Below are positions 1 through 13,792 of a DNA stretch of 64,000 nt, piece by piece. Within the stretch, counting starts at the first letter, position 1. Each line of letters opens with the position of its first letter. Location: NCBI GenBank assembly GCA_028023455.1, contig JAQFVV010000001.1:15128001-15192000 (forward strand). Reading direction: 5' to 3'. The DNA is from Epiperipatus broadwayi (lineage: Eukaryota > Animalia > Onychophora). The notes under the pieces are model-generated. The model was given only the letters and a program-made list of their open reading frames with translations. It ran no database searches and was not told where the DNA came from. The position numbers and the translations under genes were made by a program.

Positions 1-1049
1 GAAAACCAACTTAACCACGCCTGAACCAACACCCAGAACAATGCCTAGATTGTAAGTAAATGCCGCCACAACTCTTCCATTGTCAACACAAAGAATGGAA
101 ACAAGCCCTGGAACCACCGATGGAGACCCAAAGCCAGTTGGAAACTGAAAATCATGAAAATCCAGGTAAAGATATTTTAAAATATATTCTGATCACAGTC
201 TAGAATCTTTATTTTAAATGAATGAACTTTAATTAACGGACTATTATAACTATAGCATAAAGTCATTTATATTTTTCTTATGTGAAATTTATTGTGTTAT
301 ATTATATTAAATATATGTGTGTGTAAATAATTAAATATTAATGTTTGCCTTAATTGTTATTTTGTCTATTTTCTCTTTCTCTCTTGTCACTGCATTACTA
401 GAGTTATTTTATGTGTTAAGTAAATATGCGGGACCCTAAGACAGAGTGTGAGCTAGTCATGGAATATTTCAAGCGCTGGATTGTGGGCCTGTCATCCAGA
501 GATGCTAATAATGAATTATGATTAGCTGACGCCTGAGGTTTATCTCTAACCAAATAAAATGCTTTGGATGACAGGGGTTTGAATTTAGTAGTCAAGGTGG
601 GCCACGGTCTGGAAATGCGATCATGTTATGCTTTGCGTAGCTCGGTCTGACCGTAGGTATCGTTGATGGCTCTGCTATCGATAGTATTCTCACCTCTGCT
701 TGAAGGGCCAGTCCATTCACGTAATATTAAAAATATAAAATTATGATAAATAAGGTTTAAACCCAATTAAACAACTTCTATTAAATGGATCCAGTTCAAT
801 ATATATTGTAATGGTCAGAATAGCTTATTTCAACAATCCTCTATTTATTCATATACGATGTGATGCACTGTGGTTTCTCCTTTTTCAGAGACAGGAATCT
901 CTGAGCCACTATGCTCAGAGAAATCTGTTAGCCATCCTACCTTCCTTTTCCATTCCCCACCCTAAGTTTTTCTCATATTCTTCTCTATCCTGCTCCATCC
1001 CATTTCCACAACATACTCTTTGTCAACTCCATGACCTTTATATCTAAAT

Positions 1050-3550
1050 CCCTCTTATCTTTTCCCAAATCCAGCATAAAAACCAAGAACCCACTTTCTG
1101 CATAATCACTTTGTACTTAGGCTTCCACAACTAATTTGTACCCTTTCTGCTTGCAGGCATTTGCATTTAATTAACAAATGCCTAATATTTTCTATGCCTT
1201 ATACAACTTGCAGACTAAATTATCCACATTATTCCATTTATGTGTATATTCCTTTGTTGCTAAAGATCCTGTTTGAGCCTTAAACAGTAAACTACTTTAC
1301 TTGCTATTATCATAAATTAACTCTCACCCAATATTCTGTTTACTTCTACATATATTTAAGCTCTTCATCTCTCCAACTCCCTATTTTTTATTAATGCAGC
1401 TATTCTTCTATCACATTCCTTGCCACTATAATACTCAACAATCCTCCTAACATAATCAGCCCACCTTTTGTATAAGTAAACTGACAAATTCTTTATTCAA
1501 ATCTTCTGCATATCATACTACCATTGTCACCCATCTTGTTGCCTGTCCTTTATTCATAACCCAATTAAATACTATTTTGGCTATTCTCTTATTATCCATA
1601 AATTGCAATCTACTGAACATTTTCATTTTGATTTTTGCAAATCTCATATAAAAACTTGACCATCCTATTTCTCCTTGAATTACCTCCTTTGCCATCCGCA
1701 CATCTGCATCTAATACATGTCTTCCTATTTTTCTTTGTACTTTTTTTAAGTAATCTAACACAACTTTACTAATACACAATGCACTGTTACCATATGTTAA
1801 CCCTGCCACTCTCTTCCATACAATTCTAGCTGCATTATATTTATTATATGAAAATACTGTTAATTTCTTTATCAGTCCCTTTCTTTTCTTAGCTTCATTT
1901 ATCAATTTTTTCTCTCATTCATCCAAGCAATTTCTTTGATTACTTAAGACAATTCCAAAATAATTATACCTATTACCACACTTAACTTTATATCCCCCAA
2001 TAAAAATTCTTTCTCTTCTCTTTCTCCAGCATTAATCATCATTACTTTTGATTTTTCTTCACTAAATTTAATCCCCATTTCTTTACCCATTCTTGTGCAT
2101 GTCTTCAGCATAACTTCCTTATCTTCCCTACTTTCAGTGCACAAGAAGATATCATCCGCAAATAAAAGACCCAATAATGTATATACTCCCTTGCCACCTA
2201 TTAATGCATCTCTACCCCTCTTCCTAGTCTTTCTATTGCTCTCTCCATTTCTCTCAAATGCAACAAAAAACAAAATAAGTAATATAGGGCATCTTGCCTT
2301 AGTCCCATCCCATTTTTAACTTTAACTGATTCTTTATTCTTAATTGATATGTATAGTAATTATTTTCATACAATCTCTTAATAAGATTCACTAAAGCTCC
2401 AACCATTCCCAAATTTACTAAGCTTACTCATAATCTATTTCTATTTATTCTATCATATGACTTCTCTATGTCTATAAAAACCGTATATAATTGTCTACCT
2501 GTATTTCTACTCAAAGTTGTGTAACTACAAATAAACTATCTCCTATATGCCTATTCGATTAAAAACCTCCTTGCATTTCTCCCTTTATATTATTTTTTTC
2601 CATTCATTTTGAAACCCTTCCAGTCACCATGTATGCGAAAAACAACTGCTTAACTTGCTATGATCCTTACCCTTTTCCTTTAAATAGTAGCCTTACTCTT
2701 GTATTACTCCATCTATCCAGAAAATCTCTATTCTGTGCCATCTTATTCAAATATGATAATAGATTTAATTTTGCCCTATTTCCTAAATTCATTACCATCT
2801 CAGCTGCCCATCCACCTAAACTTCTTGCCTTTTCACTTTTCAATTTCTTTACCGACTCATTCAATTCATTTTCTGTGAACCCAATATTACCATTATTATA
2901 TGCTTCCACGTTTGTTATCATTCTGTGCTTCACATCTAACATCTTTTCTATATTCACTACATACTTATTTAAGTTTGTCTCTAATTCTTCTCTAGAGCTA
3001 TATTCCATTCCCTCATCATCTAGTAATATTATTTCTCTTTCCCCTACATCTCTTATTTTAATATATTTCCAAATTTTTTTACTTCTATCTCTTCCAAATT
3101 TATTAATATCCTCCAACAATTTAATATTTAATTTCATTCTCTCTCTCTATAATTATCTATTTTAGCCAACATTTTTTAAAAATATTTTTCACGTTTAACA
3201 TCAACATCTTTTTCATTTTCTTTGTTCTTAATAGTACTTATATTCTCTGCACACTTTTCCCTCTCTTTTACACTTTTACTAACTCTCACTTTTCTATTAC
3301 TTTTATTTTTCTGAATATTCCCACCTAAAACTCTATTTGTCACTTTTTTTACTTCATCACACCAGTGCTTATATTCATCCCCAACCAACTCTTTCATGAT
3401 TTCTTCAACTTTTATTTTATCTTCTTCTAACTTATTATTATCATTCATTCTCCATCTATATCTTTCACTATCCTTTCTACTTTTATTACTATTTTCCATC
3501 ATATTACTAACCATTTCTATTATAAAGAAATTATGGTCACTATTACCTTA
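1050..3550 (-). mobile_element. 5'-truncated, frameshifted non-LTR retrotransposon (LINE) ORF2: end of APE endonuclease, RT and C-terminal zinc knuckle
   Basis: In minus-strand order: SDHN (3533-3541, in frame with ORF 3176-3514, the APE terminal motif), WSNTRVRLLFKGKG (ORF 2667-3137), LLFADDIFL (ORF 1944-2273), GEIGWSSF (ORF 1513-1905), then IYDNSK*SSLLFKAQTGSL..CKLY/GIENIRHLLIKC (about 1150-1320, CCHC-like). Clade not resolved. Confidence 0.9.
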
Positions 3551-6500
3551 ATTTACATAAATTACATGGGTACCATCTGGCTTTAAGAATCAGGAAATAA
3601 ATTAACACATATTTATTTGAAACAATGTTTTATTCAATATAATAATGTAACCATTACATAGCCCATTTGTAATGCCGGGCTAAATTGCAAAGAAGATAAG
3701 TTACTCCTGATGAATGATGGTAGACCAAGCAATTTAACATAAACAGTAACAAATAATGTGATAATAATTGATTTACAAGTGTAATTATTAATTGATGTAC
3801 AATTTATTTACTTGAACAAAATTAACAAATGATATATCAATAATTTATTTACAACGTATAATCATTAATTGATATACGATTTATTTCTTTAACAAAATCA
3901 TTTAATCTTTATACATCACAGTATCAATATATTCATAGATAATTTAACATTAGCCATGTCTTTAACCCTGCTTTTAATAAACTTAAATATAACTTTATGC
4001 ATGTATGAATTCATAAATATAAACATTTCTTTGACTCACATATCTTCTAGTACTTACATACATATGTTCTATATGGAATAGATATCAAAACTATCTTTAT
4101 TATAACAATCATAAGGAATGGTCTCTTTTTAGATCCTATTCATAATCATAACCCTTTACATAATAATTGAAACAGTCAGATCTATCAATCCTACTGTTTC
4201 ACCTACTATATACTATAGTAGTATTTCTATCTATGTAACTATCACCAAATCCTCGTATATCATGTTAATACAGTATTAAAATCAGGCTAAATTTAAACCT
4301 AAATGTATTAGTCATGTATGTGTGTGTATATCTTAGCATACAGTATAAAAATTGTATATGTAAAAACCCATATATATACACACATATATTTCCAATAGTA
4401 AATAGATGAAAAATACTTTGTATGTGTAACGAGAGACTACATATATGCAGAAAAGAATAATGTTAACAGAATTAAAACATTATAAATTTCTTTATTTAGA
4501 ATAATTATTCTAAAAGTAATATTTGAAAGTATTATATAATTCTGCATATATTGCTAAATTAAATGATAGAGTTACATATATAACCAGATGTTTTCCATCT
4601 GTAGATTTGTTTTCTAAAAAGATGACCTCATAAAACTTAATCTTTCTCACTGTATTTTGACCTAATTACAAAATTAAAAGTAACAATAGATTGTAGAATA
4701 AGATATGAATATATTATCCTGAGTGACCAGATGCAAAATCCAGCTGTAGGAAATCAAAAACAGTGGGATTCCACGATTCTTAGAATACAGCGAGAAAATT
4801 AGCAAAAGAGATCTAAAAACTTACTATGACAGGGGAGAGGAGGGGTAAGCTGATAATATAAGCCTCTGCAGCCATCTTTAAATCATTTGGACATTATTTT
4901 AAGTCAACTCGTTGACAAATTATGTTAAAATTGGTGATGATGATGATAGTGGGCTAGAATAGCAACTCCCTTGCTGTCTGGACCCCGGAAGATCTACCAG
5001 ATGCAGAGAGGAGTAAGATGGAAGCTGATGGCCGATTAACAGTCTGTCAACATGAAACCAGCTTGCCAGCAGAAAGAAGAGAGCGGTAATAACCTCCCCA
5101 CTTACAACTAATTCTTCAACTAAAATGCGTTAATTCCTAAAGCTAGCTCAATCTAAAATCTATGGCCATAATAATAATGTATTTTAAACTCACCTCTTAA
5201 AATGTAATTTTTTCTTTATTTTAATCCTAAAATCTTGCCTGATTTGATAACGGGTTTAATAACTGATTTATTTATTTATTGCTTTACTTACTCAATTTAT
5301 GTACAGATTTATTTGTTGGTTTGCTGATTTATCTCTGATTGATTTAGTTCAACGTATTTACTTTATTCTGAATTATTAAAAGTTATTTAGTTTTAATTTG
5401 CTTAAATCGATTGATTTTAAATTATTTATCATAACTTTTGTTACATATAATTCTAAATGTTTTATTCTAAAATGATAATTAAGTTTCTAAGTTATTTTAC
5501 ATATTTTAACTTAATGATATTTGCTTTTACATATTTTAACGTAATGATAATATTTGCCTTTATTAATTCTCGTACACAACTTAAATTTGTATTGAACTGA
5601 GTCAATCAGATGTAAACTAATTACGTTTCCATTTCCTTTTTAAACTAGGCTAAAACAAAGCCTAACTTCAGATTTCACTTACGTGAAATCTCTTTAAATG
5701 GTACATTTCTTTTAGTTAAATCTATGCCAAATTTTATTATTTTTTAATTATGTATTCGTTTATGCTATATTTGTTCAAAACGGGGTTTTACTCTTAGTTA
5801 AATGCTTAGCGAGGAGCAATTAAATCTTCTCACATATATGTAATATCGCGAATATTAATGCACAAAAGAAACTCCGTTTTGAACGAGACAAAATGTCTTA
5901 TTTAAGAGATAATTAAAAGCTTACAGCTACTTTAAGATAAATTTGCTTTAGAGATAATATTTAACTAATATTTAGCCAGAGTGATGAAATACAGTATAAA
6001 GCTATAACTTTATATCGTAATTCTCCATAATATGCTGTACTCCTCCCTAGAATTATAAATGCCTATATAGATAGCTTTATAAATTAGATTCATAAGCTTT
6101 CCTTAATAGCATAATTATAGATGCTATGTAATGAACTGATATACAGTAGTTTCATGAAGGAAACTATTGTTTACCGTCCTAATTTCTATTATATAATAAT
6201 GTAGTCAGCAATGCGAATGTGTCCTTAAGAAATGCTACGGCGTATATATTTGTTGTATATATTTCTTTAATGGGCGTATGTGTAAGGGCTACACCATTAC
6301 TCTCTTAGTTCGGACAACTATCTCCTCCAGATGGCGGTTGGCTACTGCCCATCCCATTCTGCATCCTCAGAAATGGAGCATGAGACTCCCATAGTTTAAT
6401 TAGTTGTTCGATCACCGGACTAAAAGGTCTCTTATTTCCACAGCAATGAGTACGGTGAAAAGGGAACCAGTACTTGGTACAAATCCCCTGAAAAGGCACA

Positions 6501-6824
6501 TTTGAAATGCAGGGACTCAGATCTTATATTTTCTATACGCCTTGGTATCTGAAGTCTGACTGCCAATCATCAGTTCATCCCACCATAATAATTGTATTTT
6601 TCAGCTTTGATCTGAATTCGAATCTAATTTCATAGGCATATAAGCTATATAGAGAATATTAAGTATTCACGCTTAATAAAATGTCATATTCTTTATAAAT
6701 GTTTATAATCACTTCTGCTAGCTCTAAAGCAGATCTAGATCCTGTTATATAGCATAAACTAGGCATAGATAGAAAAGTAATTTTAAGGCTCATGAAACTG
6801 TAATTTTAAATGTATAATTTTTTC

Positions 6825-7190
6825 ATCACCTGCGAGTGATAGATATATATATAGCAAAGTAAATTAAATTATTTGTAACCCAAACTACAATCACCTGCGC
6901 ATGATTGGAAACGCTATATATAAACAGTAAATGCTCATATTAAAATCATCACCTATGAGTAATATACATATATATAGGACAAATATAATAATGTAACTAA
7001 TTTGTAACCAGAATAATTAATGTCACATGCGAGTGATTTAAATTGTCACATATATATATATATGTAAACTAAAGCTATATGTAACTAAGTAAACCATGAA
7101 TAATTATATCCTCAATCATCACTTGTGTGTGAACCCAAAAACTCAAATGTTAAATTGTATCCCTAACTTAATCACCTGCGAGTGAGACAA
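6825..7190. repeat. Degenerate array of six 16-bp quasi-palindromes, consensus ATCACCTGCGAGTGAT
   Basis: Copies start at 6825, 6890, 6948, 7022, 7118 and 7171 (spacing 53-96 bp). Most are followed by a TATATA tract. Confidence 0.75.
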
Positions 7191-10100
7191 TCTATATAGC
7201 CACATTGTAATAATTATATTCATTTATTAATTTTATTATTTGGTTTTCATTAAATTAATTTTAAATTTAACTTTTGTTTCATGTCTCAATGTTGCTCATT
7301 ATTAAGTCATTATTGATTAGTTAATCATTAGTTAAGAATCACAATCCATATTTTATAATTATGTTCCACCACACACATCGTCTATATAGCTATACTGGTT
7401 AGAATGTTAATTTCCCATAGTCTTGTGCTTCACCGATGTTCTATTGCCGGCACGTGATGAAAGAGAATGCTGCTGTGGCCTCATGTGTCATCCACAAGGT
7501 GGTAAATGTTTAAGCGTTAGTAAAGGAACTGGGGCTATATTAGACAACGTGGTTCGTACCACTCTATGCTGATCAGCCTTGGGAGGATTTACTAAAACTC
7601 TGGATTTTGTTGCGCGAATGTACAGATTTGACCGTTACATAATATAAAAGGATGGTCTTTTTTGGTCCGAACCCTAACTGAATAAATCTTCTATACAGTA
7701 TAATGGTCGGGGAACTGGTGTAGTCCTTCCGTATCTCATCGTATCTGCCATACAGGGCGCCACCAGGCTATTGGAACCTGGAAAATTTATATAGTAGGCA
7801 GATATGTACTGTTAAGATCTGATTTTTACATATATATTTTATTAGACCGTCAGCCATGGAAACGCAGAGACTTAATATAACTTCTTAAAATACATTTTAA
7901 TAAAGACATTTCAATAAAATAAATAAATAAGCTACTGCCAGAAATAACACACACAAAAAGATTTATTGACGCATATATAAATATTTAAAATTGAGGAATA
8001 AATTTAGACTTCATTATTAATTTTAAATTGGTTATTATTTTTTTAAATTTAAATTATTATTTAAGAAAGTCCGCACAGATGGGCATTTTAATAATATTTT
8101 ACTTTAGAATGTTGAGTATAGATAGGCTACATAGATTATTCAGTTAAAAACTTTTCAGAAAACAATCGTTCAATCTCAGACTAAAAGTTCATAGCCAACC
8201 CCCAACACTGCTTCCAGATATATAGATGCAACCAATGCAATATGAAGATACTAGGATAAAACCACGCTGACAGGAATGTGCATCTGACAGCATGATATTA
8301 TTTGAAGGACATGATCCTCGTCCAGTACAGGAATGTGCGTCTGTCTGGTGAAGGAATCATGTATATAAAATATTTAAAAAGAGAAATGCTACATATGGGA
8401 GAGAGCGGTCTATCTGCCGACTTATAGTCCCCATCCATAGAGCTTTTTAAAAGGGGTCAATGTCGCAGGAAATACGTCTGCATCCATTACAATGCAATAA
8501 CTACATCTTTGGGTCATGCATTCAATTGGGTTTTGCCCTGTATGCTAAACACACTTCACATTACATTGATATAAACACCCATACATCCCTCCACCAGCAT
8601 CGACCTAACTACGAAACAAATAGCCTGAAATTAAAGCCCTTTAAAATAAACAAACGATTAAAATATAAAGTTATTGATGGAATTGCAGAGGGAAAATTAT
8701 AATAAACCCAATGGCACTCATCATAAGGTGCTGCATTGACACCAATAACTTAAAAAATATACGAATAAATACGTTTGGACACTCAGCATGAGGTGTCATA
8801 TTTACCGATATATATATATTTTAATCATATGAAAATCAAAAAAAAAAATAACTAAACGTTAATGAATCTATGCAGCCATCTACACCCAACTTAAATTTAA
8901 TACATTTTAGTTAACAGGTAACAAAAAAAAAAAAAATGGAAATGATTAATTAAACATATTCAGAAAAAAAATATTAATACATGATTTTGAAATTTTTAGG
9001 TCAGATGACAGTTCTTATTTTCAGTTACTCATTGCAAATTTAGAAAAAGTTCCTATTAGATAAGCAAAAAGAGTTTAAACTTTCCGATATCTGCAGATTT
9101 AGTGGTTCATCTTCGTGATCACTTACATAGATTGTTTGTCCTTTTTTATTAAAAAACAAAAAAACAAAGCCGCTACTTGCCATTCCTTTTGGTCCATAAC
9201 TGTCATAGGGAGGCCTCAGCTGGTTGTCAAGAAATTAAATCTATTGCAAACTCCTACATCGTGAAATCTGCAATACAGCTACAGTTCATATATAGCTTAA
9301 TAATCAATATCTAAGACAACAATAATAATCCCCTGAATTCAAATATTTGGGGTTTTATATTTTTATTAGCCTCTTATCAGCATTTTTCCAGATCGATCGA
9401 ACATGATGTCACTGGCTCTCATGTTTCATTTATGGTCCATGCTGTGGCTTCATGCTTGCATTGGTCATTTAATTTCTTTTTATTCTCTTATCTGACCATT
9501 TAATTATTTGAATGCCCCTAGGGCTAGTGTGCTTTAGAACAATCATTTAATTAATAATACAATCATTTCCATTTTCTAAGATTATAGAAATCAACATTAT
9601 TTCTATTTTCAAAAAATATCAATTTTTATATTTTTACTTTTGTACAAAAAAAATACTTTCAAATACTTTTTTCTTAAAATAGTTTTAAAGTTTTCCATCT
9701 GTGCGACAATATATATGTTAAATATAACTTTTAATTTTCAGTTTTTAAGTTCAAGTTTTTTTTCTCTCTTTTTAATAAATCAATTTTTATTTACGATCTT
9801 TTTATTTTAATTTTAAAATAATGTAACGGCATGTGTGTCCGTTACAACAGTAACTATAAGGAGTGGTTCTTTTGGAGGACTAACCTAATTTAATATAACT
9901 ACAATTTAGACAGGGATGATTTATTCTGAGATCAATCCCTAACTCATTAAACTGATAAAAATGTATTTTCTCATATGGATGCCAACATATATAAACTATT
10001 AAACATTGAACAAACAACTGCACAAATATAAATCCATCTACGTAAAATCCAATTTTCAGCAATCAAATATAAGTTTAACAATGAATGAATGAGACTAACG

Positions 10101-10651
10101 TAAATATTTACATCGTTAATTCAGTTATTTGTGACTTAGACATTTATGTGTGTACATTGCATTTACATGATTTTCTTTATTTCACCTTTTCTCTAATTAA
10201 TAACTTATCTAAAGTCATAAACTTAATGTACATACGTGATATATAATAATTTTTTTTTTCTTTACAAAATAATTTTATCAAAATAAACTAAAAATTAACA
10301 AGCAAATAAAGTTTTCTATTTTAAAAATAGCGCATTAATTTCAATATATATACATAAATCTTGATTTATTATAATATCAACTATTATAATGTACAATAAT
10401 ATACTCCAATGTTTCGACTATATTATTTTATAGACTTTAACAAGGAACAACTTAAACTTCTTCTACAAATATGTATTCTTCATAAAAATTCCAACATCTA
10501 AGTTAATGGTTTGTTGTATAATAATTTATTTCCTTTTCCTTTTTTTTCCATTGATAATTTCTTTTAAATAATTTTTATAGATAGACAACTTCCATATTTC
10601 TCCATTCTTTTTTATTTCATATAAATAAAGATACAATAAAAGACAAATAAC

Positions 10652-10694
10652 CCCAAAGATGCATTTCGTGTTGAATCAGCACTCATCAGTTGGG
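10652..10694 (-). ncRNA. Minimal type I hammerhead ribozyme (relative of family C)
   Basis: Minus strand: CCCAA CUGAUGA GUGCU-GAUUC-AACAC GAAA U GC AUC / UUUGGG. Core intact, stem II has one mismatch, stem III palindrome AUGCAU, stem I needs one bulge. Confidence 0.75.
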
Positions 10695-11216
10695 CCAAGT
10701 CATCATCTCTCATATATATCTTTATTACATGAAGAGTATTTATGTAGAGCAAATTGTTTCAACAACTGGATAATGAGCGAAATTTACAAATTCAGATTAT
10801 TTAAAACAAAATACAAATCACTCTTTAAATATAAAGCTCACCCCAAAAATTAATTGTCATTTTTTTTTTTCTATCAGATATAAGAAGTCCATAATTTCTA
10901 GCTGTCTTTTAAATAAGTACTGATTTTTCATTTCAGTCAGAATTATTCAAAGTATCATTGAAAGTATTCCAGATTATATCTAGCTAACTGTTAATAGTGT
11001 CTCTCCCTTTTATTCATGTGACATGGTAAAATCCTGGGATTTAAATGTAGTATTCGTTTCTGATTCAGAGAAAAGCAAAAATGATTTTATATCCAAAATT
11101 TAGTATTTTCTTGAACCTCATTTTAGTTTTTTTTTTTTTTTTTTTAAATAAATTTGCATAGACTTAGCATAGAAGAAAAAAAAATTATTTATTTATTGAA
11201 ATGAATAAAAGATAAT

Positions 11217-11319
11217 AAATTTTTCTTATTTCTTCAAGATATTTTTCAATAACTTTTGGTGAAATTATACAACAACAAAAAAGTTATTGAAAAACATCTT
11301 GAAGAAATAAGAAAAATTT
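11217..11319. repeat. Near-perfect hairpin: 41-bp arms, 21-nt loop
   Basis: Arms 11217-11257 and 11279-11319 are reverse complements with one mismatch. Confidence 0.9.
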
Positions 11320-11515
11320 CCTTGAGATCTCTTAACACTAAATAAGCAATTATTAAATTATATTTAAATAAAAAAACTTAGACATATAACATTCAGATAT
11401 TGCAAACATAAATTGAATATATTTTTTACTGCAATTGTTTTTTTAATATAAAGTACTAATGAAAATGATGAATAATTGTTTAATTAAAAAAAAAAAATTA
11501 AGAAAAACAACTTAC

Positions 11516-11682
11516 ATTCATTAATTTTGTTTAATGGTTCGTTTTTTATAACACCATTTAAAAAATCATTAGAATCAGTCAATGGATGAAGACCATGTGT
11601 AAGAAGATCACCATAATTAAAGGTTTCCAGAGCATTTAAATGCTTAGGTCTTGTTTTTTTAAACAACAGAGGATCATCAAAT
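11516..11682 (-). CDS. Internal coding exon of an unidentified host gene (167 nt)
   Basis: Acceptor tttattttag, donor gtaagt. Open frame FDDPLLFKKTRPKHLNALETFNYGDLLTHGLHPLTDSNDFLNGVIKNEPLNKINE. Phase-compatible with exon 13750-13792. Confidence 0.65.
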
Positions 11683-12610
11683 CTAAAATAAATTAAAATA
11701 CATAAACAAACAAAAATTCAAAATTTATGAATTATTTAATATCAATGTAAAGTTTAAATTTCACTAAAATGTTATAAAAACAAATAGAAATAGCAATGTT
11801 AAGTATATATAAATGGATATATAATTTAAATAATTTTCTCAATATTTCTTATAAAGAAAATTAGTTTTAAACTGCTTTAAAAATTAATTATTTCTAATAA
11901 AATTTATTTTTTCATATTCTCATGGTTCTTTTAAAAAAAAAAAAAAAACTTCATTGGCAAGAATTAAAAATATTACTTTAAAAGTTTTTTATATTTTTTA
12001 CACTTTTCCTATCTTCATGATTATAGTGAATTTTAACTCACCAAAATATTTGATAATATATGAAGATTTGTCACAAAAAAAGTTTGATATAAACCTTCAT
12101 TAATTGATTAGAAATTGGACCTATAAAAACTCCTAATCCTATACAAATCACCCTTGTATGCAGAATTTTCTTCCAACTTCATGCTATATTGAAAGGATCC
12201 AATTATCGTAACTCCTTCTTTCCTAAAGACTCATAATTCCTCTGCCATATAAAGATAGAAAGAGACAAGCTGCAGTTTTAACAAAGAAAATACCATTGAT
12301 GTATAAATATTTTATGTTAAAATTAAAATATCTTTTCTATATTGCATATAGTAATGCTAGATTTAGTTATTATAGATTTCACTATTCCAGTGAGTAAATT
12401 CAATCTATCAATATTCACAATGAAGGGAAAAAATACAGACTGCAAATCTGTTAATTGCCTGATCATCAAAACCATTTTAAAATGTCACTATTCATAAAAG
12501 ACAAAACTAACAATAATTTCAAAACTTGCATGGATCAACATTTAAAAAAAAACAACTGACAAACATAATAAGATATATTATCATGGTCTAGTATACAAAT
12601 AAATCCCCTA

Positions 12611-12760
12611 ATGTTATTATCATCATATGATCACCATTTCTTATGCTTGCTTATAACTGTTACTAAAACAGGCAACCATTGATTACTCTGGCTTGCACTG
12701 AGTGACAATACTATATGGAGAGTTTTGCCTATTTTAAATGTTATTATCATTTATGATCAC
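12611..12760. mobile_element. Family A fragment with internal inversion and 23-24 bp target-site duplication
   Basis: ATGTTATTATCAT(CA/T)TATGATCAC at 12611-12634 and 12738-12760 flanks two oppositely oriented family A pieces. Confidence 0.75.
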
Positions 12761-13749
12761 TGTTCAGTGCAAATAAATCCTATCATATTATAATCTAAAA
12801 CAACTTATTTTGTTCATTTAAATCAATTCGATATATCCTCAAGCTTATTCTAAAAATATGTTACAAACTATGTAAAAAACTGAATGATATTCTGTTTTTG
12901 CCTATAGTTTCTGATAAAGAGGGAGAGTGCAAACACACTAAACACTACTTTTCAGCCAAGTTTCGAGAAATAAAAATTTCATATAGCCAGACATATCAGT
13001 ATAAACGAACTTAAATTCCTTTTGGTATAACAAGTTATAAAAGTCAATGAAAAACCAGTTACAGCAGTAATGATCGAAAAATGCAATTCTGATATATCAT
13101 TTCTTGCAATAAAAAGTGATCTTAAAAAATGTCTGTAAAAAGAATTTGAATATGTGAAAGAACTAAATAGAAAAAAAAAGAAATTCACATATACTAAGTA
13201 CACCTAAGATGGTTTAACTTTTAATTTTATGAAGCTTACAGTTAAACTAGATGTCAATTAAGGTACACTATAATTGGAAAACATCAAAAGGCAATTTTAG
13301 ATATGTATCTAGCCTAAGATTTTCAACAATTTATGGATTTAGCAATTAAAAAATATTCCTTAAGAGGGTATGCTTTGAATTAACTGTTTTCCAGGTGGAT
13401 TATTAATAATCTTATATTAGATATTTAAAATTCATTTATAGGTATTTCTTGATATCTATTTGCCTTATTTTTATATCTAGTTTCACTCTGGTCAAAACAT
13501 GTAAAATCTGCAGGACTAAAATAAAAATTGTTATGAAAATGAAAACTACCTTACAAGTGGTTAATGAAAAGTGACATGGTAAAAAAAAAAATATGGCTTT
13601 TTAAATTAATCATATTGAAATATATAAAGATAATCAATTATGAATCAATGATAATTTAATTGATTCTTATTATTAACTAACACCGATCACAACCACTTAT
13701 AACAACGCACCCCTTTTTTTGAAAAAAATTAAAATCTATTATTTCTTAC

Positions 13750-13792
13750 CTTTTTTCTTCTTTCCCAGAATCGATACTTTCAAGAAATTCAC
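13750..13792 (-). CDS. Small coding exon (43 nt) of the same host gene
   Basis: Acceptor cttttaacag, donor gtaaga. Encodes (G)EFLESIDSGKEEK(R) and splices in frame to 11516-11682. Confidence 0.6.

Noticed and set aside
1-720. Plus-strand exon ending at cag/gtaaag (about 165) and an LTR-like segment at 430-720
   Set aside because: All three frames have stops before position 60, and the segment cannot be classified without upstream context or a second copy.
811-3165. Plus-strand ORFs 811-1047, 2095-2319 and 2629-3165
   Set aside because: Antisense shadows of the LINE.
7750-7775. tRNA-Lys primer-binding site (minus TGGCGCCC)
   Set aside because: Only 8 nt match, and no adjacent LTR end or gag ORF could be identified.
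10860-11000. GIY-YIG C-terminal relic upstream of the 10652 HHR (IILTEMKNQYLFKRQLEIM)
   Set aside because: Suggestive of a PLE tail, but too short and frameshifted to call.
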